From the NCBI RefSeq assembly GCF_006345805.1, contig NC_043018.1, forward strand, positions 9,362,001 through 9,426,000: 64,000 bases of DNA, given 5' to 3'. This document shows positions 35,868 through 49,019 of the stretch, one piece after another. The notes under the pieces were generated by a model that was not told where the DNA came from, did not search any database, and saw only the letters and a list, made by a program, of their open reading frames with translations. Position 1 is the first letter of the stretch; each line of letters begins with the position of its first letter. A program made the position numbers and the translations under genes. Source of the stretch: Octopus sinensis (Eukaryota).

Positions 35868-36762
35868 CGAGCTGCATTGTTTTGAATTAATCCTGCATTA
35901 TCTCATAGAGTCAAGATTTCAATGATGTGGTTATTTATATTTAGAATGGCATTGTAGGGTAGGTGTGAGTGGCTGGATCTGGCTAGTTTCAACCTAAAAC
36001 AGGTAGAATACCTGTGTCAGATGTGGCCAGTTTAAATGCCAAATGGTTCAGGCAATTTCCAACAGATTGTGTTTCCAGATGCTTCCTGCAGTTGGAAGGA
36101 GACACCGGTCACCTTGGGACATTCTTGCCACCAGACGCTGGGTGTCCAGCCTTCAGTGTAAAGATAGGAATACTGGCAAAGGAGCCGTGTCCAACATCGT
36201 TCTACGCTTCATTGCACAGGTCTCTTCCTTTCCTGCAAAAGTGGGTCACTTCCTGTAACTAATTTGATTTTCAATGATTAAATACTTCCTGTTCTGTTCC
36301 TGTGTTGCTATGATGCTTTGGAGAGAGAGAGAGGGAGAGAGAGAGAGAGAGGGAGAGAGAGAGAGAGGGAGAGAGAGAGAGAGAGAGAGAGGGTGAGGGA
36401 GGGGAGTGGAAGGGAGAGTAATGAAGAAGAGAAGACAGGAAGCTGGAAGACACGCAATTTATTTTAAATATTAATACAAATAGATTTATGGCTCTGCAAT
36501 TGATGCGATAGATCGTCTGGCAATGGAAGCGTGGCTGAATTGTACCTAAAGCTTCCGGTTAGAACTCTACCTGTCAACAATACAGGATAATAGCCATTGG
36601 CAGCATGGACTGAATGGAAGGTGCCCCCGGTCAGACTCTTGTGAGACTAAATGGGAGCTGCTTCTGTCAGAATCCCTGTGCAACTGAGCAATTCAGTCTG
36701 GGGTCCACTCCATTTGGGAAAGGGCCCAGAAAAGTGGCATTAAACTCATCCATGCAATTCTT

Positions 36763-37180
36763 ATTTCTTTATTGCCCACAAGTGGCTACACACAGAAGGG
36801 ACAAACAAGGACAGACAAATGGATTAAGTTAATTATATCAACCCCAGTGTGTAACTGGTACTTATTTAATCGACCCCGAAAGTATTGAAAGGCAAAGTCA
36901 ACCTCGGCGGAATTTGAACCCAAAACGTAAAGATAGACGAAATACCTATTTCTTTACTACCCACAAGGAGCTAAACACAGAGAGGACAAACAAGGACAGA
37001 CAAACGGATTAAGTCAATTATATAGACCCCAGTGCATAACTAGTACTTATTTAATCGACCCCGAAAGGATGAAAGGCAAAGTTGACCTCGGCGGAATTGG
37101 AACTCAGAACGTAAAGACAGACGAAATACTACTAAGCATTTCGCCCGGCATGCTAACGTTTCTGCCAGCTCGCCACCTTT
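36763..37180 (-). mobile_element. Tail-A SINE dimer (one head, two bodies)
   Basis: Perfect 16-bp TSD CATCCATGCAATTCTT at 36747-36762 and 37181-37196; junction AAAGAAATAG|GTATTTC. Confidence 0.9.
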
Positions 37181-39844
37181 CATCCATGCAATTCTTGGAC
37201 AGGAAACTGTACCTGTCAGGACATTTCTCCAAATTATATCTGTAACCCACAAAGAGAAGAGAATAAGTCAATGCAGCAATGAAAAATCTTATTTTTCATT
37301 TTACCCCAATTTTCATGATTAAAAATGAAAAGATTCCTTGATGATCAGCATTTGATGCTAATTTTATGTATAGTAAAATGATGGCCCATTTCATAATTAG
37401 GATAAGTATAGTAAAAACACCCCCTACACTCACGGAGTGGTTGGCATTAGGAAGGCCATCCATCTGTAGAAACACTGCCAAATCAGACTGGAGCCTGGTG
37501 CAGCCTCCATGGCTTACCAGACCCCGGTCGAACCGTCCAACCCATGCTAGCATGGAAAACGGACGTTAAATGATGATGATGATGATGATGATAGTCTACA
37601 TTTTAGTTGAGAGATTTTGTTCAGGAAAAAAAAAGTGATTGGTTTATCACACTGACAAAGGTTACCAAAATTGTTGTTCTGAAAATATCAACCTTCATAT
37701 GTAGAGAAACATCAGGGAGGACAGAAGCTATGCATTAAATTTTAACATCGGCCATCTTTTTGGCAATAGAAAAATAGGACTTAATTCCAACAGAGAAGAA
37801 ATCCATTTTGAGATTTACCTACACAAACCTAATTGTCATGGTTATTAAGTATTGCTAAGATTTGACTAATTAATCAGAGACCTCAGGGTGATCATGATTA
37901 ATTTCAAGTTTGTATCCTAAGTGATAACTGGATGTCTGATGCAAAAGGCATTTGTTATTGATCAATAAAATATTGAGTATTGCAGAACCTGATATAAATT
38001 GAATCAAGTCTCAACCTCATTCAATAGTTTTCACCAATGACAATAACTTCGTCAAGTTAGAAAAGAATTCTTTCCATATCACTTTTGGTAAATTAACATA
38101 TGCACTTGAAACATCCTTAAGCTGAAATACTAGTGTATATAACATTTATAATGTTAATAGAAATGTAGAACAATACTATCTGTAAAAACTGTGGTGTGTT
38201 AAAAACTCAGGGCTCCACTCACAAGAGTGGTGAACCACCAGACACCAGTGTTTCAACCTGATTTGGCCTCCTCAGTGACAAATACCTTGGATGTTTTGAG
38301 CTAGGCTGAAAAATGCCTGTCCTGCTACACAAATCCCTGAGGAGGGGAACCTGATAGAATGACTACTTACAAATGTAATTTAATGTGGGAAATAAAATGT
38401 ATGGGACCTTCAATGTTAGGGAGTAAAAAAGGTAACTAAAAAGCTGTAAAGAATTATCATTTGTGAATAGTTAATAGCAAAATGCTTGCTATTGTCATTT
38501 GTGTTTGTAGCAGAGAGATAAATAAGAGCCCATTAATATCATAAAGAAGCTGTTTATTCTCTCTTTTAATAAATATTTCATGGAGTAGCGAGAAACAGTG
38601 ATATTTAGTAGCAATGAATTAGTTATTGTATAGGTAGGGGAAAATATGATGAGGAGTTGCCAACAAGTTGAACACAAGTCAGGCAAAATATTTTAATGCA
38701 CCATCTTGTAAAAATAATAATCAAAGTATTTGAAACTCAGAGAAATGAAGTAAAAGGCTGTTTAAGGTTGGGACATCAGAACGTTTTGAAGACATTTTGA
38801 AGAAAGATATTAGAAGTTGTAAGAGTTAGCACTTCCTTCTCTAAGCCTAGATTCGAAATCGAATCCAAGAATCATCGGTCGTCAAAAACCAATGCATGTA
38901 TAGGCGCGAAATTTAAAGATCTCTTTGTTCTGTCAAAAAGTGATTGATCATCTCCCTTTGACCTCCGACCTCAGCCATGTCAGGCGAAGTTCAACTGGAC
39001 AAGCGCTGACCTACTTAAGTAGTAACTCTGTTGCAGTATGTCTATCTTTCTAGCTATTTCAAATATTATAAATACAAGGGAAAAACAGAGAAAGAAAGAG
39101 AATCGCAGCTGACACACCAGCAGACAAGATTTATCTCGCCCCGCATTTTGGAGGCGACAGAGAAATGCCTACAGGCTACTGTTTCGAATGATTCACGCAC
39201 ACACCCACACACACAAACATATTCATCTTTAATATGTGCTCTATACAAGCAATGCGTAGCATTTGCTTACATTTGTATGTAGTGTATTTATAATCCATGT
39301 AAATAAATCCCTTTTTAATCATGAAACAATTTATGTATTTATTTATACACACACACATCCACTACAAAGTAAAAGATCTTTGCAAATATTCTCATTTATG
39401 AAATTGCAACACTATCCAAGTCAAATATTAAATTGTTGATTTGCCATATATTTTTATGGACACACACACACACACACACACATACACACACACACACAAG
39501 TACACACATACATACATACTTATATACATAGATAGTTTGACAGACAGACAGATAAATATCTAAAAGAGCAAACGAATGTAAAGAAAGCAAGGGACCTTGG
39601 TAGAGCCAATGAGATTAAGCAAAAGAAATAGGAGGTGGTGGAGGGGTTTTGTCTGTTTCGAAATTGTAGGCATGTTTCAGCCTCAGTGCATTACAAGTGC
39701 TTCAGTGGGTTGAGTGCTGTTACCCTCCACCCCTGTCACAGACTCTCTCCAGTCCTGTAAACAATTTTGTTTCTCACACACACTACATAATCTCTGTGTA
39801 GGTAAGTTGCTGTGACAACAATATACCAGAAACACAGAGAGAAG

Positions 39845-39889
<45 letters not shown>

Positions 39890-40639
39890 GTAATAGAGAA
39901 AAAGAAGAGAAGGAAGAGCAACAGAAGTGTATAGAGTATATTTTAAATATTCATATCAGGAGATTGACAAGCTTGACCATTGAGCAGAGGACACAGAGTA
40001 GACAATAGGTGAGAGAAATAAAAGCCATACATGAATAAGCAACCCATAACTACATACATTAAGGCGGCGAGGTGGCAGAACCGTTAGCGTAGCTGTATTT
40101 CATCTGCCGCTACGTTCTGAGTTCAAATTCCGCCGAGGTTGACTTTGCCTTTCATCCTTTCGGGGGTCGATAAATTAAGTACCAGTTACGCACTGGGGTC
40201 GATATAATCAACTTAATCCATTTGTCTGTCCTTGTTTGTCCCCTCTGTGTTTAGCCCCTTGTTGGGGTCGTAAAGAAATACATAACTACATACATACAGA
40301 CAGACAGACAGATAGACATGTTTGTTTGTTTGTTCCTTCTCGAGCCATGCCTGGCTCATAAGGGCCAGTTTCCCCGGTTTCCTTGGCATATAGGTTCCCC
40401 ACCTGGACAGGACGCCGGTCCATCGCAGGTGAGCTGCAAGATGCAGGAGGAAAGAGTAAGAGAAAGTTGTGGTGAAAGAATCAACAGAAGTTTCGCCATT
40501 ACCTTCTGCCGGAGCTGCATGGAGCTTAGGTGTTTCGCTCATAAACACACACACATCGCCCGGTCTGAGATTCGAACCCACGATCCCTCGACCGTGAGTC
40601 CGCTACTCTAACCACTAGGCCATGTGCCTCCACACAGAC

Positions 40640-40915
40640 ATGTATGTATAGGTAAAGGTATAGTTATCTTCTCGAGTCATGCTGACTCACAAGGGCCGTT
40701 TTCCCCAGTTTCATGGCATATAAATTCCCCACTTCCCTCCTGGATGGGATGTCAGTCTACCACGGGATTACTCATTTTTGCCAGCTGAGTGGACTGAGTA
40801 ACATGAAATGAAGTGTTTTGCTCAAGAACACAATGCAACACCTGGTCCAGGAATCGATACCACAATGTTATGATCATGAGTCCAACACCCTAACCACTAA
40901 GCCATATGCTTCCAC
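40640..40915 (-). mobile_element. CORE-type tRNA SINE; fragments also at about 4630-4760 and 27720-27815
   Basis: tRNA-like head followed by a TTGAGCAA(A/G)ACACT...CACTCAGC..GCAAAAATGAGT CORE-like domain. Confidence 0.6.
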
Positions 40916-41831
40916 ATATATGCATATATGTGCATGCATGCTTTTATCATCATCATCATCATCATCATCGTTACATGTCTGTTTCCCATGCTAGCAGAAG
41001 TTGGTTGGTTTGACAAGAGCTGATAAGCCAGAGGGACATGCCAAACACCAATGTCAGCTTTGGCGTGGTTTCTACAGCTAGACGCCCTTCCTAACACCAA
41101 CCACTTTACAGAGGTTACTGGGTGCTTTTTTGTGGCATTGACACCAGTGAGGTCACTGTGAAACTCAACTCACAAAATAAGAACCACAACTGGGGGTTGT
41201 GCAGTACTGAGGGAGGTGACTTTATGTCAGGTGATGAAAGGTTAAATTATAATTGCGGGACAGGTGGTGAGCTGGCAGAAACGTTAGCATGCCGGACAAA
41301 ATGTGTAGCCGTATTTCGTCTGTTGCTCTGTTCTGAGTTCAAATTCCGCTGAGGTCGACTTTGCCTTTCATCCTTTCGGGGTCGATAAATAAAAGTACCA
41401 GTTTCGTACTGGGCCGATGCAATCAACTTAATCCGTTTGTCTGTCCTTGTTTGTCCCTTCTTTACTTAGCCCCTTGTGGGTAGTAAAGAAATATATAATT
41501 GAGGGAGAGGAACAGGTGTGTTGCTGTGGGGGAAATACATGGTTACCCCAAATGGAAAAGGGAGTCGATGACAGTGTTGATGTGTCAGGGTGTATCCTCA
41601 AGCGACAGGGTGGGGAATATAAGAAAAGGGGTACAGAAGGTTTGATAGGGTGACTGGGTAAATAAATAAGTTGTCAAGAGTGTGAAAGGAGAGTAGGAGA
41701 TGGATTGAGATGGTGAACACAGGTAGATTGGGTGGGGTGGTGGTGGAGATAGGAGTGGATCAGGGAGGTGATGTTAAGTGTGTGGGGTGATATATATATA
41801 TATATATATACATACACACACTCGCACACAC

Positions 41832-42032
41832 AACAACATCATCGAAAAATACCTTAGGAATGAGAATCCAGGTTCGAAATTTACCCTAAGACACTTGATG
41901 AAGGCTGGAGAGTATATCAGCCAAAATGTTGTGTTAACAACGAACAAGATGAGGACAAATATCCGTCAAATGTAAATAATGTAAATAACGTAAATAATGT
42001 GCATAATTCCTCATCTCTTAAATATAGAACTG
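41832..42032 (+). mobile_element. Penelope-like tail copy (same family as 13.5 kb), hammerhead core decayed
   Basis: GACAC-TTGATGA-AGGCTG...CAGCC-AAAA-TGTT-GTGTT. Confidence 0.75.
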
Positions 42033-42120
42033 TATTTCCACAAAAAGACATCTAATGTTGATTCTTCAGATTTTGCTGGTAGATTACAGCGTAATTTTGC
42101 GAATATGAAAATAATACTAG

Positions 42121-42299
42121 TATATGATGTGTGGTGAATTTATGGAAGGAAATCCCCTAAAACTCATAAATTTAGTTGAAAACGGAGAAGAGAAGATGTT
42201 GAGATATATAAGAGAATTTTAATTCATGCAGACAATCATTTCGTACAGAGATATAAAAATCATGAAAATTCATGGTTGAATCGAATTAGATTAAATTAA

Positions 42300-42341
<42 letters not shown>

Positions 42342-43092
42342 ATGTGTGGAGGTGCAATGGCCCAGTGGTTAGGGCAGCGGACTTGCGGTCATAGGATCAC
42401 GGTTTCGATTCCCAGACCGGGCTTTGTGAGTGTTTATTGAGCGAAAAACACCTAAAGCTCCACACAGCTCTGGCAGGGGGTAGTGGAGATCACTGCTGTA
42501 CTCTTTCGCCACAACTTTATCTCACTCTTTATTCTGTTGGCCTGCTCACTTAGCCAGCGGGGTGGCGTCATTTGAAGGCTAAAACAATGCGAAGCGCATT
42601 GTGACTATCGATGTGTAGCAACATCTGATAGCCTGGTCAGTCACGGTGATCACAGTGATATATATCAGTGTAATCTTCAGTGCAGGAAGAATAAACAAAA
42701 TTTACAATGAACTTGCGAAAGGAAATAGCAGAAGTATATGTGAGTCAAGTTAGATATTAACTATATAGTTAATATCTAACTTGACTCACATCTCTTTCTC
42801 ATAAGGATGAATATGAATCTCCTCGATTCTATTCTTCTGCTTTTTCCTTTCTCTAGTTCATTGTAAATTTTGCTTATATTTCCTGCACTGAAGCGTACAT
42901 TGATATATATAATTAATTAATTTAATCTAATTCAATTCAATCATGAATTTGCATTATTTTTATATCTCTGTATGAAACGATCGTCTGCATGAATTAAAAT
43001 TCTCTAATATATTTTAGCATCTTCTCTTCTCCATTTTCAACTAAATTGATGAGTTTTAGGCGATTTCCTTCCATAAATTCACAACACATCAT
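42121..43092. repeat. Large foldback (diverged inverted arms) with a SINE in the left arm and a perfect 54-bp palindrome in the spacer
   Basis: Left arm 42124-42342 + 42661-42736 pairs with 42828-43092; palindrome at 42738-42791. Confidence 0.85.
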
Positions 43093-43813
43093 CTCTATAT
43101 ATATAAACGGCAAAATGTCTGTGTGTGTGTGTGTGTCCTTTATACAAATCCACAGTTTTTCAGTTAGAGGGCTTGCACTTTCTATGGTCATTCAAACCTG
43201 TCCAAAGGTGGTTGTGAAGATCTTTTTATTTCCTCAGTTACCCCTGAAAGCCATTAAAAAAAATCGATAAACGAACCCCTTATGGTTCAGGTAACAAAAA
43301 TCTTTAATACAAGGGACGTAACTCACTTAATCCAGCAATTTAATCTAAAGATATTAAACCATAGCAAGGGAAATAACTCTTTAAAATTCTGCATTTCCTT
43401 CCCTTTGTTATGTATCACACCTCAATACTGTACCAGACCAATTTATCCAATTTAGGACCGGAACTGTCCCGGATTTCTGGATTTTCCAGTTTCCCAGAGA
43501 ATTTCTAAATGGTTGCTTAAAATCTTTATATCTATAAATGGCAAAATGTCTGTTTTTTGATTGGACGGAGATAATTTTACACCTGACAGTTGGATGTGCA
43601 TTTGCAGACAGTCTGTATGACTGCATTTTTGTGTTTTGCGAAGATGTGTTATCATGTATTTTGGCTTTCAAATGTGCAAGCTGGTTTGATTTGAGAAATG
43701 CAGGGAATAATTAACGAGTTAGACCAAGTGAATGACAAGAGAGCAGGATTTTCATGAAAGACCAAATATGCTTGACTAGCACTAGACCCAACAGCACCGG
43801 GTCATAGTGCTAG
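43092..43813 (+). mobile_element. Non-autonomous Helitron; a related shorter copy lies at about 61858-62174(-)
   Basis: A^TC start, subterminal hairpin GACCC...GGGTC, CTAG^T end, no TSD. Confidence 0.75.
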
Positions 43814-44981
43814 TATATCATAAAACAGTTATTAACTCAGTTCAATCATATTTAGAATTTGTAAATTGTGTGAAGAACCTAGCATGTTGTTTCTATGTTG
43901 TTCCTTCTGTTTTGTACTAGAGGTTGTGGTTTACATGCATACAAATCTGTCGAATTTACCACATTAATTAGTATGGTAGCCTCAAATTTTCTAATTGTCA
44001 AATGAATCTATTCGATTTCATACAACAGATTCGAATGTGTTTCGAAATTTTCTATACCAGTGTAGTTTTTTTTTAATGTTAATTGAGGTAATCGTAACTA
44101 TATTTTTGTAGAAATTAATAATAAAAGAGTTAACCCTCAAGAATGGACTGCAAGTAAATAAATAAATAAATAAATAGAGCGAAACCTAGCAACCAGACGC
44201 AACATAGTTACGGAAAATAAAAATTCATCCGCTGACCGCATCACAGTCGTAAAATTAATATCGTTCCGCTACAGTATAAACCGAAAATTACTTTTCGAAA
44301 TGAACTGTCAATAATTGTTATTAACTTTACTTTATATCTTTTCAATGAGAAATATTTTGTTTTTTTTTTATTATGCAACCTTTATAAGTTAATAAAATAA
44401 TGCTGTAGAGAAATCTGTTATAATGATGTTTAATAACTTACTTTTAGGCATTTAATGTTTCGTTTCGTTTCTTCAAGATAACCAAGTCTAGTTTTGAATA
44501 ACTTTCCCATTTCCAGCTTCCCAATATTTCCAATCTAGCACTTATATGTGCCTACAGCGAAAGATGATCACCCACCTGAGTTATTGGCTGTTACTTTAAC
44601 TGGATCGTCCCTGGGACATCGAAAGACAGCAGTTGACCTCAGCAGGATTCGAACTCTGAACATAAACGGCCGTAACCACGCACCTCTCTATTTTCCGAGT
44701 TCCTCCACGCCTATTCGAACTGCAGCTGATCTGTAAGTATTATTATAAATATATTTTACTCAAAGCAGGGTTTATATCTAGGAAAAGGTTTGCCTAATGT
44801 TTCCTTCGGTTTTAAATTACAAATGATGTGATATAGCTGCTATTTCTAGTAAATCAATTTATCTTGTCCAAGCTCCGTCGTTCACTTTGATACTTTGGTC
44901 AATGGGTCAAGATTTAAACATTGACCGATACTTTTGTTTAGTTTAGAATATTCTCAGAAATACATTGGAACGAGCGAAGTG

Positions 44982-45398
44982 GGATCTTTTCGGTTTGACC
45001 GGCAGTTTTTTAAAATAATTTCCACGTAACTAAACACTTTAAAACTTCTTATGCTGGTAGAATGTGTTTATAAAACATCATTTTCTCTTGGCTTTATTGA
45101 GAAAATTATATGGTTTGTAAGATATTTGTTGTTTTTTCTTCAATTTCTGCAATTTCAACCAATCAATGACGTCTATTGAGGTAAAAAAAAACATTCTGTG
45201 CCGTATGAATATGTCCCTCGTTTAAGAAACACATTGGGTTTATTTACATTTCTGAAGAAAAAAAAGATACCCTTCCCCCACCCCTAACCCTAACCCTAAA
45301 ACATTGAAATGCAATAGATCGATACTAGGGTTATAATTATGGGTGACAATTTCATATGACACCGCTAGAAAAAACTGCCGTTCAAACCGAAAAGGTCC
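44982..45398 (+). mobile_element. GGATC-TIR MITE
   Basis: TIRs intact; degenerate TSD GCGAAGTG/ACGTAGTG; internal CCCTAACCCTAACCCTAA. Confidence 0.85.
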
Positions 45399-45699
45399 AC
45401 GTAGTGTTTCAAAACCGATACCTTACTAAGGTTCGCTACTTTATTTAGTAAAAAATACAATCAATATTTTGAGACATTTTAAAATAGAAACTTAAATTAA
45501 AGTAGACAGGTTCATTTGAAACTAATGAGATATTTGATATTACAAGCAGAAGCGATTCAGCTGAAAAACAATTAAAGAAACAAATTTTTAAGGAAATTGC
45601 CGAGCAAATTCTTTCAGTTTTGGTAGACTTTCTCCGAAAGATCGCTGATTAATGTATGGTTTCTGTTTTAAGATTCAGCAGTCTTTCGGTACAAGCATA

Positions 45700-45776
45700 T
45701 GACGTCAGTTATGGATGAGTGCGTGTTTGTTCAACTTTGTCGAGCAGACGAATCATGTTACACACTTGTGACGTCA
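45700..45776. promoter_or_regulatory. Pair of perfect CRE sites, possible promoter of the zinc-finger gene
   Basis: TGACGTCA at 45700-45707 and 45769-45776 in a CpG-retaining, non-repeat stretch about 2.2 kb upstream of the ZNF ATG. Confidence 0.4.
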
Positions 45777-45957
45777 TAGACTTAATCGAACTATTGTCTA
45801 TTTATTTAACTTAGAGGTAAATCCTCAAGACTATTGGGGGACCTTTTCTTACGAGAAAAATTATTGGCAATCATTCGTTGTTGGTCTCAGAACTGTTTGT
45901 TCGTTAGTTTCCGTAAACTTTTTTTTATTTATTTACTTTCGGTTTCATGACGTGTCG

Positions 45958-46218
45958 AAGTCGGTGGAAAGTGAAAGAGATGGGTGTGCGTGTGCGCATA
46001 TGTCCGTGTCTATGGAGGATAACGGGTGTACGTGTATGTGTGTGAGTGAGCGTGTTCAGCTTTATATATTTGTATTCACTCGCGCGCACACACACACACG
46101 CGTTATCTTTTATATACACGTACGTACATAAATACACACGTACACTCGTCATCTTTCATAGATATGGACATACACACGTGCGCGCACCCGTCTCTTTCCT
46201 CTTTCACTTTCCCGACTT
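45958..46218. repeat. Old ~260-bp imperfect foldback
   Basis: AAGTCGG..GAAAGTGAAAGAG.. arm pairs with ..CTCTTTCACTTTCCCGACTT. Confidence 0.7.
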
Positions 46219-46783
46219 GGATCTTTTCCTTTTGAACGGCACATGTCAACACAATTTCTAGTTAACTAAACACTTTTAAACTTCGTATACTGGTAGAATG
46301 TGTTTATAAAACATTATTTTTTCTTGGCTTTATTGAGAAAATTCTATAGTTTGTAAGATATTTCGTCTGAAATTTCAAGCATTTCGGCAATTTTAACCAA
46401 TCGCTGACCTTCATTTGGGTTGAAAACATTCCGTGCTATATGAATATGTCCCTCGTTTAAGAAACAGATTGGGTTTATTTACATTTGCGAAGAAAAAAAG
46501 ATACCCTTCCCCCACCCCTAACGCTAACCCTAAAACAGATTGAAATGCAATAGATCGATACTAGGGTCGTAATTATGGGTGACATTTTCATTTGACACCG
46601 CTAGAAAAAAATCCCATTTTCCGTAGTGGTATCGTATGAAATTGTCACCCATAATTATAACCCCAGTATCGATCTATTGCATTTCAATCTATTTTAGATT
46701 TAGGGTTAGAGTTAGGGTTAGGGTTAGGGGTGGGGGAAGGGTATCTTTTTTTTCTTCGCAAATGTAAATAAACCCAATCTGTT
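46219..46783 (+). mobile_element. GGATC-family MITE lacking its right TIR, followed by an inverted copy of its own 3' part
   Basis: Forward 46219-46611; inverted arm 46635-46783 pairs with 46463-46591. Confidence 0.8.
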
Positions 46784-47944
46784 CTATATTGTAGAATTGT
46801 ATTAAAAAGGAACATGGTAACAGGCAGAGAAAACCTGCCTTTTATCATAAGATATATATATAGGCGCAGGAGTGGCTGTGTGGTAAGTAGCTTGCTAACC
46901 AACCACATGGTTCCAGGTTCAGTCCCACTGCGTGGCATCTTGGGCAAGTGTCTTCTGCTATAGCCCCGGGCCGACCAAAGCCTTGTGAGTGGATTTGGTA
47001 GACGGAAACTGAAAGAAGCCTGTCGTATATATGTATATATATATATATGTATGTGTGTGTTTGTGTGTCTGTGTTTGTACCCCTAGCATTGCTTGACAAC
47101 CGATGCTGATGTGTTTACATCCCAGTCACTTAGCGGTTCGGCAAAAGAAACCGATAGAATAAGTACTGGGCTTCTAAAGAATAAGTCCCGGGGTTGATTG
47201 CTCGACTAAAGGCGGTGCTCCAGCATGGCCGCAGTCAAATGACTGAAACAAGTAAAAGAGTAAAGAGTATATGATATTATATATTATGGTGCTGCACAAG
47301 CACAAATTGAAGAGGTGCTTCAGCCTGCAGAATTAAAGCCTTCACTCAAGATTGAATGATATAAGTTTAATATCCAATGGAAAAATAAAGTTCACTTGTT
47401 CAGGTAACAGTTTATATAATAGTTTATATCTACAAGTCTTTTCAGTATCGAAATATGATAAAATTTTTACTTTTGCATCTCCACTTTTTTAGGTATTCCC
47501 CAATGTAACTTTTGCCTTTTCTTTATTATTTCAGAACAGAAGATAACATTGTTTACATGAGAGACATCATGAATATTTGTCATTTCTTTGAGACTACATG
47601 GACAGAATAGATGTAACCTTGATTGTTATATAAGCCTATGGAAGAATTACTGTGAAATATTTCCTCTCTAATTGAGATAATTCATAAAATTTCTCTCTTT
47701 CACTGACCAGAATGGTAGACAAGACGATTTTGTATTCTAATGAAACTTGGACAAATATCAAAGGAGTAGACAACACCTTTAGATATTGATAAAGATCGTA
47801 TTTGAGTGAAATTAAACAATAATTTATCTAGGGATAAAATAAAAGTGGAAAGAAGAGAATATCAGTTCATAGGGGTTGGAGAAGAAATAATATGGAGAAT
47901 GAATTATGTGAGAACATTTGAGAAAAATAAATTTTATTGATGAG

Positions 47945-48817
47945 ATGGAGAAAGAGACATGGAAAGCGTTATACCAATGTGATATCTGTAAACAGTTATT
48001 CTCTGGAAAATGTAACCTTACGACACACAAATGCATTCTTACAGGAGAGAAACCATATCATTGTGATATTTGTGGCAAAACATTTTCTCAAGTAATTACC
48101 TTAACAAACCATAAACGCGTTCATACTGGAGAGAAGCCATATCTGTGTGATATTTGTAATAAATCATTCTCTCATTTAATTACACTAACCAACCATAAAC
48201 GTATTCATACAGGAGAAAAACCATATCATTGTGATATTTGCAGTAAATCGTTTTCTGATGGGTCTAATTTAACGAAACACAAACGAGTTCATACTGGAGA
48301 GAAGCCGTATCACTGTAATACCTGTGGTAAATCTTTCTCTCAAACAAATAAATTAGCTACTCATATACACACTCATACGGGAGAGAAACCATATCACTGT
48401 GATATCTGTGGTAAATCTTTCTCTCTTATAACTACCTTAACTAACCACAGACGTGTTCATACCGGAGAGAAACCATATCACTGTGATATTTGTGGTAAAT
48501 CATTCTCTACCCCAGGTAATTTAAATAACCACAAACACATTCATACAGGTGAGAAACCATATCGCTGTGATATCTGTGATAAGTCATTCTCTGATCCAGG
48601 TAACTTAACTAAACACAAACATATTCATACAGGAGAGAAGCCGTATCACTGTGAAATCTGTGGTAAATCATTCTCTCGAAATGGTACTTTAGCAAACCAC
48701 ATACGTATTCATACAGGAGAAAAACCATATCACTGTGATATCTGTGGAAAATCCTTCTCTCAAAGAAGCCACTTAACTAGACATGTATGTGGTTGTACAG
48801 AACAGTTACGGCATTAA
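47945..48817 (+). CDS. Tandem C2H2 zinc-finger protein, 10 fingers (8 canonical; first and last degenerate), no effector domain
   Basis: First in-frame ATG at 47945 ([15 protein letters not shown]...). Repeated [11 protein letters not shown]...H...HTGEKP units, uninterrupted frame. Candidate acceptor ctttattatttcag at 47534 and AATAAA at 48975-48980. Confidence 0.92.
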   Translation: MEKETWKALYQCDICKQLFSGKCNLTTHKCILTGEKPYHCDICGKTFSQVITLTNHKRVHTGEKPYLCDICNKSFSHLITLTNHKRIHTGEKPYHCDICSKSFSDGSNLTKHKRVHTGEKPYHCNTCGKSFSQTNKLATHIHTHTGEKPYHCDICGKSFSLITTLTNHRRVHTGEKPYHCDICGKSFSTPGNLNNHKHIHTGEKPYRCDICDKSFSDPGNLTKHKHIHTGEKPYHCEICGKSFSRNGTLANHIRIHTGEKPYHCDICGKSFSQRSHLTRHVCGCTEQLRH

Positions 48818-49019
48818 TGCTAAAATCCTTCTATTAAAAAAACAAAATAAATGTAATCTTAAACAAGAAAGAAGGTATTGTTGTGATGTCAACCTCTCAG
48901 CACTATATTTCATACAACGGTTTGAAAAACCAGCTTTTGGTGAAACTTAGAAGTAACTGTCGTCCTTTTTTTATAATAAAAGTTTGATTGTATCTCATGT
49001 ATCTCATCCTTTGCTCACG

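Noticed and set aside
36014-36740. GC-richer non-repeat stretches with 70-80-aa ORFs
   Set aside because: No frame stays open between plausible splice sites, and no motif was recognised.
38904-38912. E2F-like site GGCGCGAAA as a promoter element
   Set aside because: It lies within an old repeat also present at 20.8 kb, with no independent promoter evidence.
46694-46735. TTAGGG repeats suggesting a telomere
   Set aside because: Only a few units, inside a MITE; recorded under the MITE findings instead.
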